The notes under the pieces were generated by a model, which was not told the DNA's origin, searched no databases, and worked only from the letters and a program-made list of their open reading frames with translations. Of a stretch of 60,839 nucleotides of DNA, positions 1 through 7,542 are shown piece after piece. The number at the start of each line of letters is the position of its first letter. Positions within the stretch are counted from its first letter, which is position 1. Source of the stretch: Chloroflexota bacterium (lineage in GTDB: Bacteria > Chloroflexota > Dehalococcoidia > SM23-28-2 > RBG-16-64-32); assembly GCA_022561635.1 (NCBI GenBank), contig JADFQV010000003.1:1-60839 (forward strand), in the 5' to 3' direction. Made by a program: the position numbers and the translations under genes.

Positions 1-94
1 TCTCGCAAAGGTTCGCACCTTTTCCGCCGAGGAGATCGCGCATCCCGGCGTTTCCGTCGCGGAAGCGATAAACGAACCGAGTCTTCGTCGTCAT
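1..94 (-). CDS. ppdK: pyruvate, phosphate dikinase, N-terminal 31 codons only (gene runs off the left edge)
   Basis: The reverse complement of 1..94 starts with ATG and reads MTTKTRFVYRFRDGNAGMRDLLGGKGANLCE. This is the conserved PPDK N-terminus (G...M..LLGGKGANL.E). It is absent from the ORF track because there is no stop in the window. Confidence 0.7.
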   Translation of the reverse strand, partial: MTTKTRFVYRFRDGNAGMRDLLGGKGANLCE

Positions 95-154
95 CGGCTT
101 GTACTCTCGAACGTAACGGTTCCAGTGTCAAGCTCGCTACTTGCGATTTACGTT
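70..154. repeat. direct repeat copy 1 (ppdK upstream region plus first 8 codons)
   Basis: 70..133 matches 1697..1760 at 59 of 64 positions. After a divergent 11-nt patch, GATTTACGTT (145..154) recurs at 1772..1781 with identical spacing. Confidence 0.85.
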
Positions 155-176
155 CGTTTCGCGTTCGGATGCGCGG

Positions 177-1541
177 CTACTCAGCGGCGCTCCGGGCACA
201 GCGAATCATCGCTTCGAGCGAACGTTCGACGTCTTCATCGGTGGTTGCCCAGCTCGACACGCTGATGCGCATCGCTGTGCGGCCCTGCCACTCGGTGCCG
301 CCACACCAGCAGGTGCCTTCCTCCTGGATCGCCGCGATCGTCCGATTCGTCGTCTCGGCGTCACCGAACGAGACGAGCACCTGGTTCAGCACGACTTCGT
401 TCAGCACTTCGTATCCGGCTTCGGACAGCCCTTCCGCAAAGCGTGATGCGTGTTGGCAACAATGTTCGATCATCTCCGCCACGCCGCTGCGCCCGAGCGT
501 CCTGAGCGCAGCCCAGATCTCTACGCTGCGTGCGCGCCGCGACAGCTCAAGCGAATAGTCCGACGGATCGCGCCGCTCGCTATTTTTTGAGAGATAAGCG
601 GCCGAGATTGACATCGTCGCCCGAAGTGCCTTCCGGTCGCGTACGAATGCGATCCCGCTGTCGTACGGCACGTTAAGCCATTTGTGCCCGTCCGTCGCCC
701 AGGAGTCCGCCCGCTCGTATCCTTGCAGGTGAGGCCGTAGGCGGGGTGAGGCCGCCGCCCACAGCCCGAAAGCTCCGTCCACGTGAACCCAGGAGCCTCT
801 TTCTTGCGCCCAGTCGCAGATCGCATCGAACGGGTCGCTCGACCCGCTGTTGACGTTTCCGGCCTGGGTGCAGATGATCGTGGGACCGTCCACTGCTGGT
901 AACGCGTCGGCTTGCATCCGTCCTTGAGTGTCCACTGGTATCTCGACGACCCGCGTTCTCCCAAATCCGAGTAAGCGGAGCGCCTTGGCGAGCGTTGGGT
1001 GCGCCTCCGCTCCGATCACCACTTTCACCTCGGGTGCGCCGAACAGCCCGTCCGCCTCGACGTCCCATCCCGCACGGCCAAGCAGGTCATGCCTGGCTGC
1101 CGCAAGCGACACGAACGATGCCATGGTCGCTCCCGTGACCAGAGTGCCGCCGCTACCAGGCGGGAGGCCGAGTATGTCGGCCAGCCACTGGAGGCTTGCC
1201 TCCTCCAGTGCAGCGGCGGTTGGCGACGTGTCCCAGGATGCTGCGTTCTGGTCCCACGCCGTCGCCAGCCAGTTCGCTGCCACCGTTACAGGCAGGGCCC
1301 CGCCCACGACCCAGCCGAAGAAACGCGGCCCAGCGGTGGCTAGAGTCGCCGGAGAACCAACCTCGTCCAGCAGGCGCAGGATTTCCCCGGCATCACCCGC
1401 CGCCTCGGGCAGCGGCCCCGTCAGCTCCTGCAGGCGTGAGACGTCCTCGGGGCGCGGCTCCACTGATCGCGCGCCCAGGCCGTCCAGGTATCGAGCGGCT
1501 CGTCTCGCAGCGTCCTCGTAGAGCGCCTCGCGTGTTCCCAT
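177..1541 (-). CDS. PLP-dependent group II decarboxylase (aromatic amino acid / tyrosine decarboxylase-like)
   Basis: 454-aa ORF starting at ATG 1541. It has the PLP-lysine motif SWATDGHKWLNVPYDSG and an overall group II decarboxylase layout. Confidence 0.8.
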   Translation of the reverse strand: MGTREALYEDAARRAARYLDGLGARSVEPRPEDVSRLQELTGPLPEAAGDAGEILRLLDEVGSPATLATAGPRFFGWVVGGALPVTVAANWLATAWDQNAASWDTSPTAAALEEASLQWLADILGLPPGSGGTLVTGATMASFVSLAAARHDLLGRAGWDVEADGLFGAPEVKVVIGAEAHPTLAKALRLLGFGRTRVVEIPVDTQGRMQADALPAVDGPTIICTQAGNVNSGSSDPFDAICDWAQERGSWVHVDGAFGLWAAASPRLRPHLQGYERADSWATDGHKWLNVPYDSGIAFVRDRKALRATMSISAAYLSKNSERRDPSDYSLELSRRARSVEIWAALRTLGRSGVAEMIEHCCQHASRFAEGLSEAGYEVLNEVVLNQVLVSFGDAETTNRTIAAIQEEGTCWCGGTEWQGRTAMRISVSSWATTDEDVERSLEAMIRCARSAAE

Positions 1542-1696
1542 GCAATCCTTCGTCTAGAAAGCCGAATCATTGTGCATTCGCGAATCCCTTGTCAAGTGAT
1601 TGACCGGCCGCCGATTCACCCGGCCTTCATCCCCGGCCGCCTACACTGGAGTCGAGGCGCCTCAATAAGCCATGAGAGTCCTTGTCGTCGATGATG

Positions 1697-1781
1697 AAAC
1701 GAACCGAGTCTTCGTCGTCATCGGCTCGTTCTCTCGGACGGAACCGTTCCAGTGTCAAGCAGCCCGCGCCGGATTTACGTT
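1697..1781. repeat. direct repeat copy 2 (duplicated ppdK 5' fragment upstream of the decarboxylase gene)
   Basis: See copy 1. On the minus strand it keeps ATG (1721) plus the ppdK codons MTTKTRFV, then diverges into a 19-codon ORF ending at TGA 1662..1664. Confidence 0.85.
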
Positions 1782-1802
1782 AGCTTTCCCGCAGATGCCC
1801 CG

Positions 1803-2711
1803 CTAGCCTGTGGCGGCCATCCAGTCGACGATGACGCGCGCCAGGTCTTCGCCCTTGTCCTCCTGCAGGAAGTGGCCGCCGCCGGCGATCGTCGTGTGCG
1901 GCTGCCCCTTGGCGCCGGGGATCATCGCCTGCAGGGGGCGCTCGCCGCCCTTCGTCACCGGATCGGAGTCGCTGAACGTCGTCAGGAACGGCTTCTCCCA
2001 CTTCTGCAGCGCCTCCCAGGCCTTGCGGTTGGCGTTCGCGGCCGGGTCGTCCGGCTTCGTCGGCACCAGCGTGGGAAAGATTCGCGCGCCGGCCTTGTAC
2101 GAGTCGTCTGGGAAAGGGGCGTTGTAGGCGGCCACGACCTCGTCCGGCAGCGTCGTCGCCGTTCCGCCTTGCACGATGCGCCCGATGTCGAACGCCGGCG
2201 ATTCCTGCGAGAACTTCTGCCAGCGCAGGAAAGCCTCGCCGGGCGACTGGTCGCCGGTGGGCAGGCCGCCGTTGCCGATGGCCACGCGGGCGAAGCGGTC
2301 CGGGTCCTCCGCCACGACGCGCAGGCCGATCAGCGAGCCCCAGTCCTGGGCGAACAGCGTGACGTCCGTGAGGCCAAGCTGCTGGATGAACGACTTCATC
2401 CAGTCGACGTGACGCTGGAAGGTGTAGTCATCTTTCTGGGAGGGCTTGTCGGAGCGGCCGAAGCCGATGAGGTCAGGCGCGATGGCCCGGTGACCAGCGT
2501 CGACGATGACCGGCACCATCTTGCGGTAAAGGTAGGCCCAGGAGGGCTCGCCGTGCATCAGTAGCACAGGCGCCGCGTCCGCTGGACCTTCGTCGATGTA
2601 GTGCATGCGCATCGAGCCGCCTGTACCGTCCGGGATGTCGACGTACTTCGGCTCGAACGTCCAGCCAGGCAGGTTGGCGAATCGCTCGTCGGGTGTTCGT
2701 AGGGCTTCCAT
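1803..2711 (-). CDS. haloalkane dehalogenase (DhlA-like, HLD-I) / alpha-beta hydrolase
   Basis: 302-aa ORF. VLLMHGEPSWAYLYRKMVP and the nucleophile elbow AQDWGSLIGL are as in DhlA-type haloalkane dehalogenases. Confidence 0.8.
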   Translation of the reverse strand: MEALRTPDERFANLPGWTFEPKYVDIPDGTGGSMRMHYIDEGPADAAPVLLMHGEPSWAYLYRKMVPVIVDAGHRAIAPDLIGFGRSDKPSQKDDYTFQRHVDWMKSFIQQLGLTDVTLFAQDWGSLIGLRVVAEDPDRFARVAIGNGGLPTGDQSPGEAFLRWQKFSQESPAFDIGRIVQGGTATTLPDEVVAAYNAPFPDDSYKAGARIFPTLVPTKPDDPAANANRKAWEALQKWEKPFLTTFSDSDPVTKGGERPLQAMIPGAKGQPHTTIAGGGHFLQEDKGEDLARVIVDWMAATG

Positions 2712-2748
2712 GGGTGGGCTCCTTCTCTTCTCCTGCTTTGGGCTTACC

Positions 2749-3165
2749 TTAATCGCTTCGGCGCATGCGGGTCACGCGGTTCGGCCCGAATTTCCATACC
2801 AGTACGGCGCCTTCGAGGTGGCGCGTCACAGTGATTGGGCTCTTGCCGACGCCGTTAGGATGCAGCACCAGCGCATCGCCTTCGAAGACGGCGGCGACGT
2901 GGATCGGCGACCAGTTCACGCCGCTGACATCGTTCACGCCGTTCTCCAGCGTGCCGTCCACGCGCATGTCGTGGATGACGCCGCCGGCGGTGATCACCAC
3001 CCGGTTGCCGCACTGCTCGATGCGCTCAACGTGGTCCGGCGGCTCGGGCGGCGGCGTACCGCTGATCTCGACGGCGAACGCCTTCCAGAGTCCGCGCAGG
3101 TCGGGCGCGTCCGGGGCGGCTCCGTGCAAGCATCGAGGATGGGCGGCGGCATCGCGCCTTTCCAC
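2749..3165 (-). CDS. hypothetical protein
   Basis: 138-aa ORF, co-oriented and tightly spaced with its neighbours. Its composition is protein-like, unlike the Arg/Pro-rich overlapping frames. No family recognised and the start is uncertain. Confidence 0.45.
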   Translation of the reverse strand: MERRDAAAHPRCLHGAAPDAPDLRGLWKAFAVEISGTPPPEPPDHVERIEQCGNRVVITAGGVIHDMRVDGTLENGVNDVSGVNWSPIHVAAVFEGDALVLHPNGVGKSPITVTRHLEGAVLVWKFGPNRVTRMRRSD

Positions 3166-3205
3166 CCACCTTCTGGCGTGTGCGCCGTTGGTATCGCGGC
3201 TGCCT

Positions 3206-3616
3206 TCAAGAAGGCGATTCCGCCAACGGCGCTTGCGTCATCGCGATCAGCCACTGCATCTCCAGGCCGGCCGCGCGGTGCTTGCCGATGTTTTCGGTGA
3301 CGTACGGGTCCTGGGTGATCTCGGCGAAAGCCTTACGAGAGGGGTACTCGACAAGGGCGACGACGTGAAACTCTTCGCCGCCTTCGCCGATCACCTGTGA
3401 GTCGACGCGGCCGGCCCAGATAAATCGCGCGCCCTTGGACTCCACGAACTTGCGCATCTCCGTCCCGTAGCGATTGTAGGCCTCTAGTCCAGTGTCGCCC
3501 TCGTGGGAGGCATCGGCCTGCGGCTTGAACCGCAGCAGGTTGAGCATCACGACAGGATGGTCTTGCTGGCCCTTCATCAGCTCCTGGAACTGTTCTCCTG
3601 TTGGGTAGATTGCCAT
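3206..3616 (-). CDS. DUF1330-like protein (dimeric alpha-beta barrel superfamily)
   Basis: ORF 3206..3667 trimmed to ATG 3616, which is preceded by AGGAGG. MAIYPTGEQFQELM...VVMLNLLRFK...VEYPSRKAF resembles DUF1330 proteins. Confidence 0.65.
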   Translation of the reverse strand: MAIYPTGEQFQELMKGQQDHPVVMLNLLRFKPQADASHEGDTGLEAYNRYGTEMRKFVESKGARFIWAGRVDSQVIGEGGEEFHVVALVEYPSRKAFAEITQDPYVTENIGKHRAAGLEMQWLIAMTQAPLAESPS

Positions 3617-3751
3617 GGGGGCACCTCCTGGGGCATACGGTTGCGTGTCGGCCCCTAGTATAAGCATGGCGCCGAGGGTGTCGACTCCTTGACGGCGACT
3701 CTCTGCAGGCGATAGAAAGACGGAGCGCCCGGACGCTGGAAGGAGACCAAC

Positions 3752-6013
3752 ATGAGCGGCAGCGAACCACTATTCGAAGGCAAGATCGGCCGTACGCTGG
3801 CAGACTCGGAGCCGTGGTGGCCGGCGCCGCCGCGGCCGCCGGGCGACGCGCCCAACATCGTGATGATCGTCCTCGACGATACCGGCTTCGCCCACTTCGG
3901 CTGCTTTGGATCGACGATCGAGACGCCGAACATCGACCGCCTCGCGGCGAACGGCGTGCGCTACTCCAACTTCCACACGACGGCGCTCTGCTCACCCTCA
4001 CGCGCCTGTCTTCTCACGGGGCGCAATCATCACGCCGTGGGCATGCGCGGCGTCTCCAACTTCGACACGGGCTTCCCCCACATGCGCGGCGGCATCACGC
4101 CGCGCGCGGCCACGGTGGCGGAGCTGCTGCGCACGGCCGGATACGCGACGTATTCCGTGGGCAAGTGGCACCTGGCGCCGATGATCGAGTGCAGCGCCGC
4201 CGGCCCGCACGACAACTGGCCCCTGCAGAAGGGCTTCGACCGCTTCTACGGCTTCCTCCAGGGCGAGACCGACCAGTTCTACCCGGAGCTGACGGCCGAC
4301 AACCATCACATCGTGCCTCCGGCGGGCCCCGGCGATGGCTACCACGTCTCCGAAGACATGATCGATCAGTCGATCCAGATGATCCGTGACCTTAAGTCCG
4401 TGCGTCCCGACCGGCCGTTCTTCCTCCACGTGGCGTTCGGCGCCACACACGCCCCACACCAGTCGCCGCAGGAGTATCGCGAGAAGTACCGCGGCCGCTT
4501 CGACGAGGGCTGGGACAAGACGCGAGAGGCATGGTTCGCCCGCCAGAAGGAGTTGGGCGTCGTGCCGCAAGGGACGACGCTGTCCGAACGCAACCCAGGC
4601 GTGCTCGCCTGGGACGAGCTGCCGGAGAACGAGCAGAAATTCGCCGCCCGGCTACAGGAGGCGTTCGCCGGCTTCCTGGAACACACCGACGCGCAGATCG
4701 GGCGTCTCGTCGCCTACCTTGAGTCGCAGGATCTGCTCGAGGACACGCTGTTGATGGTGCTCTCCGACAACGGTGCCAGCCAGGAGGGTGGCCCGCACGG
4801 CGTGATGGACGAGTGGAGCTTCTTCAACCTGATCAGCGAGGACATCGACGAGATCGTCGCCAACCGGCTCGACGACATCGGCGGGCCGCACTCGCACAGC
4901 AACATCCCGTGGGGCTGGTCGCAGGTCGGGAACACGCCGCTGCGCTGGTACAAGCAGAACACCTACGGCGGCGGCATCCGCGACCCGCTCGTCATCCACT
5001 GGCCGAAGCGCATCAAGCAGACCGGCGGCGTGCGCGACCAGTTCTGCCACGTCACCGACCTGACGCCGACGATCCTCGACGTCACGGGCGTCGAGCTACC
5101 GGACGAGCTCAACGGGCACAAGCAGATCCCTCTGCACGGCGAGAGCATCGCCTACACCTGGGATGAGCCCGATCAGCCGACGCGTCGGCGCGTCCAATAC
5201 TTCGAGCAGTTCGGCCATCGCGGTCTTTGGAAGGACGGCTGGAAGGCCGTGACCTACCACGGCAAGGGTACGGACTTCGATACGGAGGAGTGGTCGCTGT
5301 ACAACCTGGCGGAGGACTTCTCCGAGTGCCACGACCTGGCGAAGGAGCACCCGGAGAAGCTGAAGGAGCTGGTCGACGCCTGGTGGGTGGAGGCCGAGGC
5401 TAACGGCGTGCTGCCGCTGGACGACCGCAGTTGGGAGCTGTTTGGTGCCGCGCCGCGGCCGGGCACGCCCCACTTCGTCGACGAATACGTCTACACGCCC
5501 CCCATCTCACACATCCCGGCGGACGCCTGTCCGGCGCTGGGTGGGCGCTCGTGGTCGATCGTCTGCGAAGTCGAGGTGCCGAAAGGCGGCTGCGAGGGCG
5601 TGCTGTACGCGCGCGGCGGCCACGGCGTCGGCCACACGTTCTTCGTCAAGGACGGCAAGCTCCAGTTCGACTACAACGCCCTCGGCCGCCACCACCGTGC
5701 GGTCGGCGATGCGAAGCTGGCGCCCGGTGCGCACCGGCTCGAGGCGCGCTTCGACCGCGGCCAGCCCAGCGGCACTCTGACGATCGCGGTCGATGGCACG
5801 GACGTCGGATCGGTCGAAGTCTCACCGGTCGTGCGGATGCTCGGCTCGACCGGGATGGACCTCGGGCAGAACCCGCTGTCGCCGGTCGTCGACGATTACG
5901 AGCCGCCGTTCGCCTTCACGGGGCGGTTGGAGAAGGTGACGTTCCGGTTGCGCAGCGCGCGCCAGGCGGCGGATGTCGCCGCGAAGGCGCGCGCCGATCT
6001 GGCTACGGAGTAG
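3752..6013 (+). CDS. arylsulfatase (Cys-type, formylglycine-dependent), long form with C-terminal extension
   Basis: 753-aa ORF. It has the sulfatase signature LCSPSRACLLTGRNHH (C-x-P-x-R) and the N-terminal metal-binding block IVMIVLDDTGF. GGAGA lies upstream of the ATG. Confidence 0.9.
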   Translation: MSGSEPLFEGKIGRTLADSEPWWPAPPRPPGDAPNIVMIVLDDTGFAHFGCFGSTIETPNIDRLAANGVRYSNFHTTALCSPSRACLLTGRNHHAVGMRGVSNFDTGFPHMRGGITPRAATVAELLRTAGYATYSVGKWHLAPMIECSAAGPHDNWPLQKGFDRFYGFLQGETDQFYPELTADNHHIVPPAGPGDGYHVSEDMIDQSIQMIRDLKSVRPDRPFFLHVAFGATHAPHQSPQEYREKYRGRFDEGWDKTREAWFARQKELGVVPQGTTLSERNPGVLAWDELPENEQKFAARLQEAFAGFLEHTDAQIGRLVAYLESQDLLEDTLLMVLSDNGASQEGGPHGVMDEWSFFNLISEDIDEIVANRLDDIGGPHSHSNIPWGWSQVGNTPLRWYKQNTYGGGIRDPLVIHWPKRIKQTGGVRDQFCHVTDLTPTILDVTGVELPDELNGHKQIPLHGESIAYTWDEPDQPTRRRVQYFEQFGHRGLWKDGWKAVTYHGKGTDFDTEEWSLYNLAEDFSECHDLAKEHPEKLKELVDAWWVEAEANGVLPLDDRSWELFGAAPRPGTPHFVDEYVYTPPISHIPADACPALGGRSWSIVCEVEVPKGGCEGVLYARGGHGVGHTFFVKDGKLQFDYNALGRHHRAVGDAKLAPGAHRLEARFDRGQPSGTLTIAVDGTDVGSVEVSPVVRMLGSTGMDLGQNPLSPVVDDYEPPFAFTGRLEKVTFRLRSARQAADVAAKARADLATE

Positions 6014-6057
6014 GGAAGAGCGGCGGCTGGTTTCGATCCCAGCGGGCAGTTTGGCGA

Positions 6058-6088
6058 TTGACAGAATAGAACACTAGTTCTATTCTGT
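6058..6088 (+). promoter_or_regulatory. sigma70-like promoter (TTGACA-N17-TATTCT) overlapped by a palindromic LexA/SOS box (GAAC-N4-GTTC core)
   Basis: TTGACA at 6058..6063 and TATTCT at 6081..6086. A perfect inverted repeat, ACAGAATAGAAC-ACTA-GTTCTATTCTGT, spans 6061..6088. It lies 22 nt upstream of the imuB GTG. Confidence 0.7.
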
Positions 6089-6109
6089 ACCTCCCATGAG
6101 GTCGTTCCC

Positions 6110-7276
6110 GTGAGCATCGCCTGCGTTTACATCCCTCGCTTTATGGTCGAGGCAGAGCGCCAGCGCCGCAAGGAGATCGGCAGCCGCCTCGTCCTCATCG
6201 GCGACGCCCGCGTGCTCGGCTGTTCTCTCGGCGCCGAGGCCGTGGGCATCCGCGCCGGCATGCGCATGAGCGAGGCGATCGCGCTTGCGCACAGCGCGGT
6301 CGTGCTGCCACCGGACGGCGCGCACTACGGGCGTCGTTTCGAGGAGGTGCTTGGCCTGCTCGGCGAGTTGAGCCCGGAGGTGGAGCCGGGCGATCCCGGC
6401 CTGGCTTACCTTTCGCTTGCCGGCCTGGCCCAGGAAGCGCAGACTTTTGCGGACGACCTGATCACCACGTTGCACAGGCGGCTCGGATTCGTGGCCAGCG
6501 TAGGGGTCGCCGGCGGCAAGTTCGCTGCCCGTGTCGCCGCCGCCATTTCGCGGCCTGGCGTGGCGAAGATCGTGCCGGCTGGCGAGGAGTGTGCCCTACT
6601 GGCGCCGCTGCCCTGCACCTACCTGCCCGCCGACGAGGCGATGCTCTGGCGGCTCAAGCTGCTGGGTCTGGAGACGATCGGCGACATCGCCGCGCTGCCT
6701 CTGGGCGCGTTTCAGCAGCAGTTCGGCCCGCAGGGAAAGCGTTGCTGGGAGCTGGCGCAGGGGAACGACGACGGGCCGCTGGCCCCGCGCACGACGGAAA
6801 GCACCGTCGTCCGCCGGCTGGAGATGCCGTCGCCCGCCGTCGCCCTGGAAGCGATCCTTGCGGGGCTCGAGCGGCTGACGCAGGCGGCCTACGGCGACGA
6901 GTTGCGGCAGGGGCGCTGGGTGCGCAAGGCGGTGGCCCGCGCGAGCCTGTATGGCGGCGGCGACTGGGAGCTGCCGATCGCCTTCCGGGAAGCGCTGGCC
7001 GACCCGAAGGCGGCGTGGTTCGTGATCAAGACGGCGGTCACTCGCCACCCACCGGAACGCCCGGTGGAGGAGCTGGAGATCGAACTGGTGGGGCTGAGCG
7101 GCGAATCCGGCAAGCAGTCGGTGCTCTTCGAAAGCAAGGGCAAGCTGCGGCGGCAGGTGGAGGAGGCCGCGCGTCACCTTGGTGCAAACGGAAAGCCCGC
7201 AATCGGACGAATAGTGGAGGTGGAGCCGTGGTCACGGATACCCGAGCGGCGAGCGGCGGTCGAAGACCTGGCCTGA
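6110..7276 (+). CDS. imuB: ImuB-like Y-family DNA polymerase homologue (probably catalytically inactive)
   Basis: 388-aa ORF with a GTG start, directly upstream of dnaE2 and behind an SOS box. It has a Y-family (IMS/UmuC-like) N-terminus, but the motif is CVYIPRFMVEAE instead of D-x-D-x-FF..VE. Confidence 0.75.
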   Translation: MSIACVYIPRFMVEAERQRRKEIGSRLVLIGDARVLGCSLGAEAVGIRAGMRMSEAIALAHSAVVLPPDGAHYGRRFEEVLGLLGELSPEVEPGDPGLAYLSLAGLAQEAQTFADDLITTLHRRLGFVASVGVAGGKFAARVAAAISRPGVAKIVPAGEECALLAPLPCTYLPADEAMLWRLKLLGLETIGDIAALPLGAFQQQFGPQGKRCWELAQGNDDGPLAPRTTESTVVRRLEMPSPAVALEAILAGLERLTQAAYGDELRQGRWVRKAVARASLYGGGDWELPIAFREALADPKAAWFVIKTAVTRHPPERPVEELEIELVGLSGESGKQSVLFESKGKLRRQVEEAARHLGANGKPAIGRIVEVEPWSRIPERRAAVEDLA

Positions 7277-7542
7277 CGGCGGGCCGGCTGCGGCCGCTCA
7301 ACAGTCCCCGGCCCCTGGACGTAGAGACGGATGCGAACGGCGTGCCGGCCGGCCTCTATCTTTCGGGCCATCGCTGCGCGGTGGAGTCAGTCCTTGAGAA
7401 GTGGCGCATCGACGACGAATGGTGGCGTGAGCAGCCGGTGAGCCGGGTCTACTGGCGCCTGTTCCTCGAGAACGGTTGCGCCGTCGACGTCTATCGCGAC
7501 GTCGCCCGCGGCCGCTGGTACAAGCAGGCGTACACCGGATGA
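7228..7542 (+). CDS. small conserved-looking hypothetical protein between imuB and dnaE2
   Basis: GTG 7228 is preceded by GGAGG (7216..7220). It overlaps the imuB 3' end in another frame, and its stop TGA (7540..7542) overlaps the dnaE2 ATG (ATGA). The C-terminal half is non-random: VLEKWRIDDEWWREQPVSRVYWRLFLENGCAVDVYRDVARGRWYKQAY. The start is uncertain; the alternative is GTG 7342. Confidence 0.5.
   Translation: MVTDTRAASGGRRPGLTAGRLRPLNSPRPLDVETDANGVPAGLYLSGHRCAVESVLEKWRIDDEWWREQPVSRVYWRLFLENGCAVDVYRDVARGRWYKQAYTG

Noticed and set aside
70-1781. The 85-bp repeats flanking the decarboxylase gene as ends of an IS element, MITE or composite transposon.
   Set aside because: The repeats are direct rather than inverted, no transposase or integrase is enclosed, and the repeat contains the genuine ppdK start codon. 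A segmental duplication or recombination is a better explanation, as reported in the findings.
7476-7538. N-terminal extensions offered by the ORF track for dnaE2 (7476), glpD (15280), the LLM oxidoreductase (37182), an ACAD (49958), the crotonase (27358), the oxidase (45284), the LamG protein (46846), the permease (44356) and DUF1330 (3667).
   Set aside because: The extensions are Arg/Pro-rich and overlap the upstream gene. Internal ATG/GTG codons with Shine-Dalgarno sequences coincide with the conserved family N-termini.
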